Shown here: piece by piece, positions 18,801-30,233 of the stretch
How the letters are laid out: each line of letters starts with the position of its first letter
How positions within the stretch are numbered: position 1 is the stretch's first letter
Assembly (NCBI GenBank): GCA_036262835.1
Contig: DATAID010000084.1
Span: forward strand, 9,360-73,359
Length of the DNA: 64,000 bases
Direction: 5' to 3'
Source of the DNA: Burkholderiales bacterium
GTDB lineage: Bacteria > Pseudomonadota > Gammaproteobacteria > Burkholderiales > SG8-39
Notes under the pieces: model-generated
Told to the model about the DNA's origin: nothing
Seen by the model: only the letters and a program-made list of their open reading frames with translations
The model's database searches: none
Made by a program: the position numbers and the translations under genes

Positions 18801-19203
18801 CCTTCCCCCATTCCGTGATGTCTTTTGCAAACTGCAACTCGGAAGAAAAAGGAAAAGAAGCGGGGTCAAAAGCCTTCAGGGACTCCTCGGAAACCTTGTG
18901 CAGGGCGCGCCGCTGGACGAAGCTCCGCTTGACTGCCCAGAGCGGGGCGAGCTCGTGGTGGCGCGCCGCGAGGGCGTGCGCCTCCGCCTCGATGCCGAAA
19001 AGCCGGGCGACAAAGTCCTCGACGTGCGGCGCGAGCAGGACGAGGAGCTCGGACTCCGTCTTGCCGGAGGGCGGGTCCTGCCGCGCCTTCGACAGCAGGT
19101 CTTTTACCGCGGGCTCCAGGAAGTCGAGGAACGCCTGGTCGACGCGAATCAGTCCCGCGCGGCTGTAGAGATCCTCGAAATGGAGGCCGAAACCGAGGGT
19201 CAT
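15868..19203 (-). CDS. Large multidomain Fe-S flavoprotein: N-terminal unknown domain + GltD/NfnB-like oxidoreductase + PyrK/NfnA-like FAD/NAD(P)/[2Fe-2S] module, about 1111 aa
   Basis: Cys clusters are [18 protein letters not shown] and CNDCMKSC. Dinucleotide folds are [11 protein letters not shown] and [12 protein letters not shown]. The C-terminal module has [10 protein letters not shown] (FAD-binding-like), [12 protein letters not shown] and [11 protein letters not shown]...SC. I prefer ATG 19203 ([13 protein letters not shown]) to the track's TTG 19227. Confidence 0.8.
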   Translation of the reverse strand: MTLGFGLHFEDLYSRAGLIRVDQAFLDFLEPAVKDLLSKARQDPPSGKTESELLVLLAPHVEDFVARLFGIEAEAHALAARHHELAPLWAVKRSFVQRRALHKVSEESLKAFDPASFPFSSELQFAKDITEWGKDEKANSERLEQAARYAAWATTTPEGKAKHRSGVLFKAPHKLDFMKLIPIHVETRPREGFALTDPGTDLTGALDEANYCIWCHEQGKDSCSKGLKEKPPAAGFKQTVFKVPLAGCPLEEKISEFHMVKARGQPLAALGIITVDNPMVAATGHRICNDCMKSCIYQKQEPVNIPQAETRTLKDVLELPYGFEIYSLLTRWNPFNLRRPYPEAPSGKRVLVVGLGPAGFTVAHHLMNDGHTVVGIDGLKIEPLGADLSGVDALGNRTPFKPVKNIDELKEPLDSRVMAGFGGVAEYGITVRWDKNFLKMIRLLLERRAQFAMFGGVRFGGTLTIDEAFQAGFDHIALCAGAGRPTVLEIPNGFARGVRAASDFLMALQLTGAAKRESIANLQIRLPIVVIGGGLTAIDTATESLAYYAVQVEKFLSRYEALETKPTWTGEEKEIAEEFLSHARILRATPQDKRLQVLQAWGGSTIAYRRRLVDSPSYTLNHEEVAKALEEGIVFAENLTPERIEVDRHGHAALVKFTNGTELKAKSVLIAAGTQPNTVLAREEGVSLELDGKYFLATDETGAPVKPERHTSKPSRAEVLLHRYEDGRFMSFFGDLHPSYFGNVVKAMGSAKQGYPVVSRVLHGRAASSPLPDREFLSRLNRELRAIVHEVKRLTPTIVEVVLRAPVAARRFQPGQFYRLQNYETLALHVPGTTLAMEGLALTGAWVDRDKGLIAVIALEMGGSADLLAYLRPGEPVVLMGPTGTPTEIPGDETVVLAGGGLGNAVLFSIGRALRAAGSKVIYFAGYKHLADRYRVEDIEAAADTVVWCSDEAPGFGARRAEDRSFVGNIVQAMQAYATGKLGEQPVAFANTDRIIAIGSDRMMAAVALARHGVLKPFLKDTHVAIGSINSPMQCMMKEICAQCLQPHVDPKTGEKSYVFSCFNQDQSLDQVDFPALAQRLAQNGVQEKLTALWIERCLKLLPPPAEKKAA

Positions 19204-19208
19204 TGGAT

Positions 19209-19227
19209 TTGTTTGGGTCCCAAACAA
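19209..19227. promoter_or_regulatory. Perfect 9+9 bp palindrome TTGTTTGGG-N-CCCAAACAA abutting a TATAAT, 5 nt upstream of the flavoprotein ATG
   Basis: The minus strand reads GTATAATTGTTTGGGACCCAAACAAATCCAATG. The TATAAT is at 19232-19227. This is a candidate operator or 5'-UTR hairpin. Confidence 0.55.
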
Positions 19228-19330
19228 TTATACTTCGCCGCGCCGCTGCCTGCCGCGGCTATTGCGGCGCCCGTCCGGAGACTTTAGCATCGCGCCTTCT
19301 TTCCGCCTTAGATCGATCCGCGAGGAGCTT

Positions 19331-20092
19331 ATGCAGATAAAGAACAGCGTTTTTCTCATCACCGGCGGCGCCTCGGGCCTGGGCGCAGCGACCGCGCAGA
19401 TGGCTGCGGCGAACGGCGGCAAGGTGGTCATTGCCGACTTGCAGGCGGAGCTCGGCGAAAAGCTCGCCAAGGAGATCGGCGGCAAGTACGTGAAGTGCGA
19501 CGTCACCTCGGAAGCCGACGGGAAAGCGGCGGTCGAGGCGGCGGTGAAGGGCTTCGGCGGCGTGCACGTGCTCGTCAACTGTGCGGGCATCGGCGTCGCC
19601 GAGCGCACGGTCGGCAAGGACGCGCCGCACGATCTGGCGCGTTTTGCGCGCGTGATCAACATCAACCTGATCGGCACCTTCAACATGATTCGCCTCGCCT
19701 CCTTCGAGATGGTGAAGGCGGTGCCCAATGCCGCGGGTGAGCGGGGCGTCATCATCAATACGGCGTCGGTCGCGGCCTTCGACGGGCAGATCGGCCAGGC
19801 CGCGTACTCGGCTTCGAAGGGCGGCGTGGTGGGCATGACCCTGCCGATCGCGCGCGATCTTTCGCGCAACGGCATCCGCGTGGTGACGATCGCGCCGGGC
19901 CTCTTTCTCACACCGATGCTGCTCGGCCTGCCAAAGGAAGCGCAGGACTCGCTCGGCAAGCAGGTGCCGTTCCCGCCGCGCCTGGGCAAGCCAGACGAGT
20001 ACGCGCAGCTCGCGCGCAGCATCGTCGAGAACGAGATGCTGAACGGCGAGACGATCCGGCTCGACGGCGCCATCCGCATGGCGCCCAGGTAA
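19331..20092 (+). CDS. Short-chain dehydrogenase, type II 3-hydroxyacyl-CoA dehydrogenase-like, 253 aa
   Basis: The cofactor motif is [11 protein letters not shown] and the catalytic motif is [12 protein letters not shown]. The C-terminus [13 protein letters not shown] is typical of the HSD10/FadB2-like subgroup. GAGGAG lies 3 nt upstream of ATG 19331. Confidence 0.85.
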   Translation: MQIKNSVFLITGGASGLGAATAQMAAANGGKVVIADLQAELGEKLAKEIGGKYVKCDVTSEADGKAAVEAAVKGFGGVHVLVNCAGIGVAERTVGKDAPHDLARFARVININLIGTFNMIRLASFEMVKAVPNAAGERGVIINTASVAAFDGQIGQAAYSASKGGVVGMTLPIARDLSRNGIRVVTIAPGLFLTPMLLGLPKEAQDSLGKQVPFPPRLGKPDEYAQLARSIVENEMLNGETIRLDGAIRMAPR

Positions 20093-20098
20093 CGACGG

Positions 20099-20620
20099 CT
20101 ATTCTTCTTTCAGGCTCGACTTGAACAGGCGCGCGCGCTCGACGTAGCCGCGCGCGACCCGCAGCAGCCCTTCCTTTTCCTCGGGCTTGAGCTCGCGCAC
20201 CACGCGCGCGGGCGAGCCGACCGCGAGGACCCCGGGCGGAATCTCCTTGCCCTCGGCGACGAGCGAATTGGCGCCTACCAGCGCGCCCGCGCCGATCTTC
20301 GCGCCGTTGAGGATCACGCTGTTGATGCCGATCAGCGCGCCGTCCCCCACCGTGCAGCCGTGCAGCATCACCTTGTGGCCGATGCTGACGTTGCGTCCGA
20401 GGGTGAGCGGAAAGCCGGGATCGCAGTGCAGGACCGAGGCATCCTGGATGTTGCTGCCGGCGCCGATGCGAATGAGATCGTTGTCAGCGCGGATGATCAC
20501 GCCGAACCAAACGTTGGCGGCATGCTCCAGCACGACGGACCCGACCACCGTCGCGTTGTGCGCGATGTAGTGATCGTCGCCTTCGAGGCGCACTTTCCTG
20601 TCGCCGAGGGAATAGATCAT
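20099..20620 (-). CDS. Gamma-carbonic-anhydrase-like hexapeptide-repeat protein (YrdA/PaaY family), 173 aa
   Basis: Translation begins MIYSLGDRKVRLEGDDHYIAHNATVVGSV. Left-handed beta-helix repeats follow, and His residues are in family-typical positions (VLHCD, MLHGC). Confidence 0.85.
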   Translation of the reverse strand: MIYSLGDRKVRLEGDDHYIAHNATVVGSVVLEHAANVWFGVIIRADNDLIRIGAGSNIQDASVLHCDPGFPLTLGRNVSIGHKVMLHGCTVGDGALIGINSVILNGAKIGAGALVGANSLVAEGKEIPPGVLAVGSPARVVRELKPEEKEGLLRVARGYVERARLFKSSLKEE

Positions 20621-20646
20621 GCGGGCCGGTATGATACCGCCCGCTC

Positions 20647-21510
20647 ATGCGCCTAAGTGAATCGCTTTTTTTCGACATTCGCGGCCTCCGGTATCACGTG
20701 CGCCGCTGGCCGGGCGATGCGGCGCGCAAGCTCGTGCTGCTGCACGGCTGGATGGACGTGTCGGCCTCGTTCCAGTTTCTCGTCGATGCCATGAAGCCCG
20801 ACTGGGACATCTACGCGCCCGACTGGCGCGGCTATGGCCTGACCTCCTGGTCCGGCTCGGACAACTACTGGTTTCCGGACTACCTCGCCGACCTCGATTA
20901 CCTGCTCGACCGAATCCAGCCCGACACGCCGGTGGACCTCATCGGCCACAGCCTCGGCGGCAACGTCGGCGGCCTCTACGCGGGCATCTTTCCCGAGCGC
21001 ATCGCCCGTTTCGTCAATCTCGAGGGCTTTGGCATGCCGAACACGCGTCCCGAGCAGGCGCCCAAGCGCTATGCGCGCTGGATCGGCGAGCTGAAGGGCG
21101 AGCCCGGCTGGCGGCCTTACGCGAGCTTCAGCGAGCTCGCCGACCGGATGCAGCGCAATAACCCGCGCCTGAAGCGCGAGAGGGCGGAGTTCCTCGCCCG
21201 GCACTGGGGCAAGGAGGCGCCCGAAGGCGTCGTCCTGCGCAGCGACCCGGCGCACAAGCTCGTCAACGCGACGCTCTACCGGCTGGACGAGGCGCGCGCC
21301 TGCTGGGAGCGCGTGACTGCGCCCGTGCTCTGGGTCGATGCCGAACACTCGGAAACGCGCACGCGCATGCGCCTCACCGCCGAGGAGCTGGCCGAGCGGC
21401 GCGCCGCCTTCAAGAGCCTCAAGTACGTCACGCTCAAGGATGCAGGCCACATGCTGCACCAGGACCAGCCCGAGGAGCTCGCCCGGGTCATCGAGGAGTT
21501 TCTGGTCTGA
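20647..21510 (+). CDS. Alpha/beta-fold hydrolase, 287 aa
   Basis: The oxyanion region is LVLLHGWMD, the nucleophile elbow is GHSLGG and the C-terminal catalytic His lies in DAGHMLHQDQP. Confidence 0.8.
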   Translation: MRLSESLFFDIRGLRYHVRRWPGDAARKLVLLHGWMDVSASFQFLVDAMKPDWDIYAPDWRGYGLTSWSGSDNYWFPDYLADLDYLLDRIQPDTPVDLIGHSLGGNVGGLYAGIFPERIARFVNLEGFGMPNTRPEQAPKRYARWIGELKGEPGWRPYASFSELADRMQRNNPRLKRERAEFLARHWGKEAPEGVVLRSDPAHKLVNATLYRLDEARACWERVTAPVLWVDAEHSETRTRMRLTAEELAERRAAFKSLKYVTLKDAGHMLHQDQPEELARVIEEFLV

Positions 21511-21527
21511 TAGACTGACGTTCCTGG

Positions 21528-22196
21528 ATGGACATAAACCAATTCGTACAAACCGTAGCCATCTATGCGCTCCCGGTTCTCTTCGCAATAACCCTTCACG
21601 AAGCGGCTCACGGCTACGTCGCCCGGCACTACGGCGACATGACCGCGTACGCGCAGGGACGCATCAGCCTCAACCCCGCGCGCCATATCGATCTCATGGG
21701 CACCCTCGTGATTCCGCTCGTGATGCTTGCCGTTTCCGGGGGAAAGGCCGCTTTCGGGTGGGCCAAGCCCGTGCCGGTCAACTATTCCGCGCTGCGCTCG
21801 CCTCGACGTCACATGATGTGGGTGGCGGCGGCCGGGCCGGCATCGAACCTGGCCATGGCGATCGGCTGGGCAGCGTTCCTGAAGCTCGCTCTCCTGCTGC
21901 CGGCGCACACCTTCAGCACCCCGATGGTGGCGATGGGCAAAGCGGGAATCAGCGTGAATCTGGTTTTCATGTTCCTCAACCTCCTGCCGATCCTGCCTCT
22001 GGATGGCGGGCGCATCGTGGCGAGCCTGCTGCCGCAGCGGGCGGCGGGGCAGTATGCAAAGCTCGAGCCGCTGGGGTTGCCGGTTCTCCTGGCGCTCTTT
22101 CTCCTGCCCATTTCGGGTGGACGGACCGCCCTTGATTTCGTACTGGCTCCGCTGGTCGGGACTTCGAGCGCGATGATCCGGTCGCTGGTGTATTGA
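21528..22196 (+). CDS. Site-2 protease-family (peptidase M50) membrane metalloprotease, 222 aa
   Basis: The HExxH motif is in TLHEAAHGYVA. It has multiple TM segments and NLLPILPLDGGRIV (the LDG motif). Confidence 0.85.
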   Translation: MDINQFVQTVAIYALPVLFAITLHEAAHGYVARHYGDMTAYAQGRISLNPARHIDLMGTLVIPLVMLAVSGGKAAFGWAKPVPVNYSALRSPRRHMMWVAAAGPASNLAMAIGWAAFLKLALLLPAHTFSTPMVAMGKAGISVNLVFMFLNLLPILPLDGGRIVASLLPQRAAGQYAKLEPLGLPVLLALFLLPISGGRTALDFVLAPLVGTSSAMIRSLVY

Positions 22197-22197
22197 C

Positions 22198-23400
22198 GTG
22201 TTCGAAACCCGGGTCCTCTCCGGCATGCGTCCCACGGGGGCGCTCCATCTGGGTCACTATCACGGCGTCCTGAAGAACTGGGTCCGGCTGCAGGCCGAGT
22301 ACCCGTGCCTTTTCTTCGTCGCCGACTGGCACGCGCTCACCACCGATTACGAAAAGCCCGGCGCGCTGCAGGAAATCGGCACCGACATGGTGATCGACTG
22401 GCTCGCCGCGGGCGTAGACCCGAACCAGGCGACGCTCTTCGTGCAGTCGCTCGTGCCCGAGCACGCGGAATTCCACCTGCTCCTTTCCATGATGACGCCG
22501 GTGGGCTGGCTCGAGCGCGTGCCGACCTACAAGGACCAGCAGGAAAAGCTCGCCAACAAGGACCTCTCGACCTACGGCTTTCTCGGCTACCCGCTGCTCC
22601 AGGCGGCCGACATCCTCATCTACCGCTCCAAATACGTGCCGGTGGGCGAAGACCAGGCGCCGCATATCGAGTTCTCGCGGGAGCTCGCGCGCCGCTTCAA
22701 TCACCTCTATGGCCGCGAGCCCGGCTACGAGGACAGGGCCAAGGCGGCGGTGAAGAAGATGGGCGCCAAGAAGGCGCGCCTCTTCAACGATCTGCGAACG
22801 AAGTTTCTGGAGAGCGGCGATGGCGAGGCGATGAAGCGCGCCCAGGCGCTCCTCGATGCGCAGCAGAACCTGCCGCGCGGGGAGCGCGAGCTGCTCTATG
22901 GCTGGCTCGAAGGCGGCGGCCGCAAGATCCTGGTCGAGCCGGAGGTGCTGCTGACGGAGGCCTCGAAGCTCACCGGGCTCGACGGCCAGAAAATGTCCAA
23001 GTCCTACAACAACACGATCTCGCTGCGCGACGAGCCCGAGGCCATCACGAAGAAGATCAAGACCATGCCGACCGACCCGGCGCGCGTGAAGCGCAGCGAC
23101 CCCGGAACGCCGGAGAAATGCCCGGTGTGGGGCCTGCATCTCGTCTATTCGGACGAGGAGCGCAGGAAGTGGGTGCAAAAGGGCTGCACCACGGCCGGCA
23201 TCGGCTGCCTCGAGTGCAAGCAGCCGGTGATCGACGCCGTGATCGCGGAGTTGAAGCCCATGCGCGAGCGGGCGCAGACCTATCTCGACGACCCCACGCT
23301 CGTAAAGAACATCCTTGCCGACGGCAACGAGAAGGCCCGCAGGCTGGCCGTCGAAACCATGAGAGAGGTGCGCGAAGCGATGGGACTGACCTATCTATGA
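22198..23400 (+). CDS. trpS: Tryptophan--tRNA ligase (long form), 400 aa
   Basis: SGMRPTGALHLGHYHG is the HIGH motif and KMSKSYNN is KMSKS. An internal insertion of about 60 aa follows the RRFNHLYG block. The GTG start lies 1 nt after the M50 stop. Confidence 0.9.
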   Translation: MFETRVLSGMRPTGALHLGHYHGVLKNWVRLQAEYPCLFFVADWHALTTDYEKPGALQEIGTDMVIDWLAAGVDPNQATLFVQSLVPEHAEFHLLLSMMTPVGWLERVPTYKDQQEKLANKDLSTYGFLGYPLLQAADILIYRSKYVPVGEDQAPHIEFSRELARRFNHLYGREPGYEDRAKAAVKKMGAKKARLFNDLRTKFLESGDGEAMKRAQALLDAQQNLPRGERELLYGWLEGGGRKILVEPEVLLTEASKLTGLDGQKMSKSYNNTISLRDEPEAITKKIKTMPTDPARVKRSDPGTPEKCPVWGLHLVYSDEERRKWVQKGCTTAGIGCLECKQPVIDAVIAELKPMRERAQTYLDDPTLVKNILADGNEKARRLAVETMREVREAMGLTYL

Positions 23401-24194
23401 GCGAGCCCCAGACCGAGCCCCAGCCGATCGCGCGCATCTACGGCGAGCCGGTCATCGAGATCCCGGCCGATCTCTACATTCCCCCCGATGCGCTGGAGGT
23501 GATGCTGGAGGCCTTCCAGGGGCCGCTCGACCTGCTGCTCTATCTCATCCGCAAGCAGAACCTCGACATCCTCGACATTCCGATGGCGCCGCTCACGCGC
23601 CAGTACCTGGAATACATCGAGATCATGCGCAACAAGAACTTCGAGCTCGCGGCCGAATACCTGGTCATGGCCGCGATGCTGATGGAGATCAAGTCGCGCA
23701 TGCTGCTGCCCAAGCCGACGCTGACCGAGGAGGAGGAAGATCCGCGTGCCGAGCTGGTGCGGCGCCTCCTCGAATACGAGCAGATGAAGGCTGCGGCGCA
23801 GAAGCTCGACGAGCTGCCCCGCGCCGGGCGCGACGTACTCTCGATCTCGGTCTTCATCGAGCGCACGGTCGAGGAGCGGCTGCCCGAGGTGCGGCCCGCC
23901 GATCTCGCCGAGGCCTGGCGCACGCTCCTTTACCGGGCGCGGCTTTCGGCCCACCACCACATTTCGCGCGAGGAGCTGTCGGTGCGCGAGCACATGAGCC
24001 AGATCCTGCGGCGCCTGCGCGAGCACCGCGTGCTGGAGTTCACCGAGCTCTTCGATCCCGCGCGCGGCGTCGCCGTGCTCGTGGTCACGCTGCTTGCGCT
24101 GCTCGAGCTCGCGCGCGAGACGCTCATCGACGTCACCCAATCCGAGGGGTTCGCCCCGATCTACGTGAGGATCGCCCATGCCGAGCCAAACTGA
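23397..24194 (+). CDS. scpA: Segregation and condensation protein A, 265 aa
   Basis: FQGPLDLLLYLIRKQNLDILDIPMAPLTRQYLEYI is the ScpA N-terminal signature. The ATG overlaps the trpS stop (ATGA). Confidence 0.9.
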   Translation: MSEPQTEPQPIARIYGEPVIEIPADLYIPPDALEVMLEAFQGPLDLLLYLIRKQNLDILDIPMAPLTRQYLEYIEIMRNKNFELAAEYLVMAAMLMEIKSRMLLPKPTLTEEEEDPRAELVRRLLEYEQMKAAAQKLDELPRAGRDVLSISVFIERTVEERLPEVRPADLAEAWRTLLYRARLSAHHHISREELSVREHMSQILRRLREHRVLEFTELFDPARGVAVLVVTLLALLELARETLIDVTQSEGFAPIYVRIAHAEPN

Positions 24195-24843
24195 AGTCAA
24201 GCGCATTCTCGAAGCGGCCCTGCTCTCATCGCAGGAGCCGCTCTCGCTCGCCGACATGAAGCGGATCTTCGAAGGCCAGGTCGAGCCGGGCCCGCTGAAG
24301 GAAGCGCTGGAAGAGCTGGGCAAGGACTGGGAGGGGAAGGCCGTCGGCCTCGTGCAGGTCGCGAGCGGCTGGCGCTTCCAGACCCGGCCGGATTTCCTGC
24401 CCTTCATCGAAAAACTCGACCCCGAGGCCTCGCCGCGCTATTCGCGCGCCGTGATGGAGACGCTCGCGATCATTGCGTACCGCCAGCCGGTCACCCGCGG
24501 CGACATCGAAAACATCCGCGGCGTCGCCGTATCGGCGCAGATCATCCAGGCGCTGGAGAATCGCGGCTGGGTCGATATCGTCGGCCATCGCGAGACCCCC
24601 GGACGGCCGGAGCTGCTCGCGACCACCAGGCGCTTCCTCGACGACCTCGGCCTGCGCTCCCTCGAAGATCTGCCGCCGCTCGAGGAGATCGCGAGGACCG
24701 TCGAGTTGCCGCAGGCGCCCGCCGGGCATCCCGGGGCGACGACCCAGCCGGCCGCCAATGAGCCGAACGCGGAGCCCAACGGGGACTCGCATGCCGAGCC
24801 GAGCGTCGAGCCCGACGCGCCAGCCGCCGAAGCCGCCAGCTAG
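24178..24843 (+). CDS. scpB: Segregation and condensation protein B, 221 aa
   Basis: ILEAALLSSQEPLSLADM and ETLAIIAYRQPVTRGDIENIRGV are ScpB winged-helix repeats. It overlaps scpA by 17 nt. Confidence 0.9.
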   Translation: MPSQTEVKRILEAALLSSQEPLSLADMKRIFEGQVEPGPLKEALEELGKDWEGKAVGLVQVASGWRFQTRPDFLPFIEKLDPEASPRYSRAVMETLAIIAYRQPVTRGDIENIRGVAVSAQIIQALENRGWVDIVGHRETPGRPELLATTRRFLDDLGLRSLEDLPPLEEIARTVELPQAPAGHPGATTQPAANEPNAEPNGDSHAEPSVEPDAPAAEAAS

Positions 24844-25582
24844 CCCGCAGGGCGAGCGCGTTCAAAAACTGCTCGCCGCGGCGGGCTTCGGCTCGCGCCG
24901 CGAGATCGAACGCTGGGTTGAAGCGGGGCGGATTCGCATCGGGGATCGGATCGCGAAGCTCGGGGACCGGGCGGCGCCGGATGATCCGCTTTTTCTCGAT
25001 GGGAAGCTTCTAGAGCTAAAGAAGAAAGCGAAAACCCGGGTGCTCGCCTACCACAAGCCCATCGGCGAAGTGGTCACGAGAAGCGACCCCGGAGGCCGTC
25101 CCACGGTGTTCGACCGTCTTCCGGCGATCGAGGGCGAGCGCTGGATCAACGTCGGGCGGCTCGACCTGAACTCCTCGGGGCTGCTTCTGTTCACCAACGA
25201 CGGCGAGCTCGCCAACCGCTTGATGCATCCGAGGCAGCAAATAGAGCGGGAGTACGAGGTGCGGGTGCAAGGCGGCCTGGACGAGACAAGGAGGAGCGCG
25301 CTCCTGAAGGGCGTGACTCTCGAGGACGGTCCCGCGAGGTTCAAGACCCTCGAGGACATGCAACGCGGGGAGGGGACCAATCGCTGGTACCGCGTGGTCC
25401 TCGCCGAGGGGCGCAATCGGGAAGTCCGCCGCATGGTCGAAGCCGTCGGTGCGCGGGTCAGCCGCTTGATCCGGGTGCGCTTCGGCCCCATCTGTCTGCC
25501 GAAGACGCTCGCAGCCGGGAGCCATGCGGAGCTGGGCGGCGAGCCTCTCGCGAAGATTGTGAAAGAAGCGAAAAGCGGTTAA
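24791..25582 (+). CDS. rluB: 23S rRNA pseudouridine synthase RluB-like, 263 aa
   Basis: The S4 domain is VQKLLAAAGFGSRREIERWVEAGRI and the catalytic Asp motif is GRLDLNSSGLLLFTNDGEL. The nearest usable in-frame start is ATG 24791, giving a 53-nt overlap with scpB. Confidence 0.85.
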   Translation: MPSRASSPTRQPPKPPASPQGERVQKLLAAAGFGSRREIERWVEAGRIRIGDRIAKLGDRAAPDDPLFLDGKLLELKKKAKTRVLAYHKPIGEVVTRSDPGGRPTVFDRLPAIEGERWINVGRLDLNSSGLLLFTNDGELANRLMHPRQQIEREYEVRVQGGLDETRRSALLKGVTLEDGPARFKTLEDMQRGEGTNRWYRVVLAEGRNREVRRMVEAVGARVSRLIRVRFGPICLPKTLAAGSHAELGGEPLAKIVKEAKSG

Positions 25583-25605
25583 ACTTCAGGGGTTTCGTGC
25601 AGCAT

Positions 25606-25650
25606 GGGAGCCGCGGCTCCCGGGAAAGATGGGCTTCGGCCCATTTTTTG
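25606..25650 (+). terminator. Tandem hairpins ending in a rho-independent terminator after rluB
   Basis: A perfect 16-nt palindrome GGGAGCCGCGGCTCCC lies at 25606-25621. It is followed by ATGGGC-TTCG-GCCCAT and TTTTTT (25629-25650). Confidence 0.75.
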
Positions 25651-25684
25651 TTTGTGCGGTCGCGCAGTTTTGCTGGGTGCAAGC

Positions 25685-26116
25685 ATGGCGATAGCGGCGG
25701 TGGTCGAAACGACCCTGGCAGGCATGGGGTTCGAGCTGGTGGATGCCCAGGTATCCAACCACGGACGGTTGCTGCGCATCTTCATCGACCGGCCCGGAGG
25801 CATCACCGTGGACCACTGCGCGGACGTAAGCCGGCAGTTGTCCCATGTGCTGGCGGTCGAGGGCATCGACTACGACCGGCTGGAAGTGTCCTCGCCGGGC
25901 CTCGACCGGCCGTTGCGGAAGCTCGCGGATTTCGAGCGCTTCACCGGCCAGAAGGCGGAAGTGCGGATGCGGGTCGCGGACCAGACCGGCCGGCGCAAAT
26001 ACGCGGGCGCGATCCTGGGCGCCGCGCAGGGCAAGGTCAGGCTGCAGGTGGAAGACCGCGAGGTGGAGCTGGACCTTGGCGGAATGGACCGGGCGAAGCT
26101 GATACCGGAATTGTGA
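25685..26116 (+). CDS. rimP: Ribosome maturation factor RimP, 143 aa
   Basis: Blocks [39 protein letters not shown] and [12 protein letters not shown] match RimP. The internal ATG 25685 lies downstream of the terminator, so I prefer it to the track start 25604. Confidence 0.85.
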   Translation: MAIAAVVETTLAGMGFELVDAQVSNHGRLLRIFIDRPGGITVDHCADVSRQLSHVLAVEGIDYDRLEVSSPGLDRPLRKLADFERFTGQKAEVRMRVADQTGRRKYAGAILGAAQGKVRLQVEDREVELDLGGMDRAKLIPEL

Positions 26117-26123
26117 GGAATAC

Positions 26124-27698
26124 GTGGCAACGACGACGACGACGAATTCGACGACTCAGGCGGGAACCGGGAACCGGGAGCTGGTGATGCTGGCCGACGT
26201 GCTGGCGCGGGAAAAAAACGTCCCGCGCGACATCGTGTTCGGCGCGCTGGAGCTCGCGCTCGCCTCGGCGACCAAGAAGAAGTACAGCGAGGACATCGAT
26301 GTGCGGGTGTCGATGGACAAGAACACCGGCGCCTACGAGACCTTCCGCCGCTGGCGCGTGGTCGTGGACGACGAGCCGGACTACAACACGGCGCAGATGT
26401 ACTGCCTCGAGGAGGCGCAGGACCGCAAGCCCGACGCCAAGATCGGCGACTACCTCGAGGAGCCGCTGCCGAACGTGGAATTCGGCCGCATCGGCGCGCA
26501 GACCGCCAAGCAGGTGATCCTGCAGAGGATCCGCGACGCCGAGCGCGAGCAGATCCTGAACGATTTCCTCTCGCGCGGCGACGAGCTGGTCACCGGCACC
26601 GTCAAGCGCATGGAGCGCGGCAACGCGATCGTGGAGTCGGGGCGCCTCGAAGCGCTGCTGCCCCGCGAGCAGATGATCCCCAAGGAAAACCTGCGCGTGG
26701 GCGATCGCGTGCGCGCCTGGGTGATGAAGATCGACCGCGGCGCGCGCGGTCCGCAGCTGATCCTTTCGCGCACGGCGCCGCAGTTCATCATGAAGCTCTT
26801 CGAGCTGGAGGTGCCCGAGATCGAGGAGAAGCTGCTCGAGATCAAGTCGGCGGCGCGCGATCCGGGCATCCGTGCCAAGATCGCGGTGCACACGACCGAC
26901 CGCCGCATCGACCCGATCGGCACCTGCGTGGGCATGCGCGGCTCGCGCGTGCAGGCGGTGACGCAGGAGCTCGCCGGCGAGCGAGTCGACATCGTGCTCT
27001 GGTCGGCCGATCCGGCGACCTTCGTGATCGGCGCGCTCGCGCCGGCCGAGGTGAGCTCGATCCTCGTCGACGAGGAAAAGCACGCGATGGACGTGGTGGT
27101 GGACGAGGAGAACCTCGCGATCGCCATCGGCCGCAGCGGCCAGAACGTCCGGCTCGCCTCCGAGCTGACCGGCTGGACCATCAACCTCATGACCGAGGAA
27201 GAGTCGACCAAGAAGCAGGCCGAGGAGTCGACCCGCACCAAGACGCTGTTCATGGAGCGGCTCGACGTCGACGAGGAGGTGGCCGACATCCTCATCCACG
27301 AAGGCTTCTCCACGCTCGAGGAAGTCGCCTACGTGCCGATCAACGAGATGATGGAGATCGACGCGTTCGACGAGAATACGGTGAACGAGCTGCGCAGCCG
27401 CGCGCGCAATGCGCTGCTGGTGCAGGCGATCGCGAGCGAGGAGAGCCTGGAGGGCGTCGATCCCAAGCTCCTGCAGCTCGAAGGCGTGGACCAGTCGCTG
27501 GCGGCCAAGCTCGCCAAGGGCGGGATCAAGACGCGCGACGACCTGGCCGACCTCGCCGTGGACGAGCTCTCGGCGCTGACGGGCCTCGAGGAAGACCCGG
27601 CGAAGAAGCTGATCATGGCCGCCCGCGCGCACTGGTTTGAAGGGGAAGCCCAGGGCTCGGCCCAGGCCGTCGCGCCCGCGGCGAAGGGAGCTGCCTAA
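26124..27698 (+). CDS. nusA: Transcription termination/antitermination factor NusA, 524 aa (or 503 aa from ATG 26187)
   Basis: [32 protein letters not shown] is followed by S1, two KH and C-terminal acidic repeat regions. Both GTG 26124 (SD GAGGAA) and ATG 26187 (SD GGGAG, 6-nt spacer) are plausible starts. Confidence 0.9.
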   Translation: MATTTTTNSTTQAGTGNRELVMLADVLAREKNVPRDIVFGALELALASATKKKYSEDIDVRVSMDKNTGAYETFRRWRVVVDDEPDYNTAQMYCLEEAQDRKPDAKIGDYLEEPLPNVEFGRIGAQTAKQVILQRIRDAEREQILNDFLSRGDELVTGTVKRMERGNAIVESGRLEALLPREQMIPKENLRVGDRVRAWVMKIDRGARGPQLILSRTAPQFIMKLFELEVPEIEEKLLEIKSAARDPGIRAKIAVHTTDRRIDPIGTCVGMRGSRVQAVTQELAGERVDIVLWSADPATFVIGALAPAEVSSILVDEEKHAMDVVVDEENLAIAIGRSGQNVRLASELTGWTINLMTEEESTKKQAEESTRTKTLFMERLDVDEEVADILIHEGFSTLEEVAYVPINEMMEIDAFDENTVNELRSRARNALLVQAIASEESLEGVDPKLLQLEGVDQSLAAKLAKGGIKTRDDLADLAVDELSALTGLEEDPAKKLIMAARAHWFEGEAQGSAQAVAPAAKGAA

Positions 27699-30229
<2,531 letters not shown>

Positions 30230-30233
<4 letters not shown>

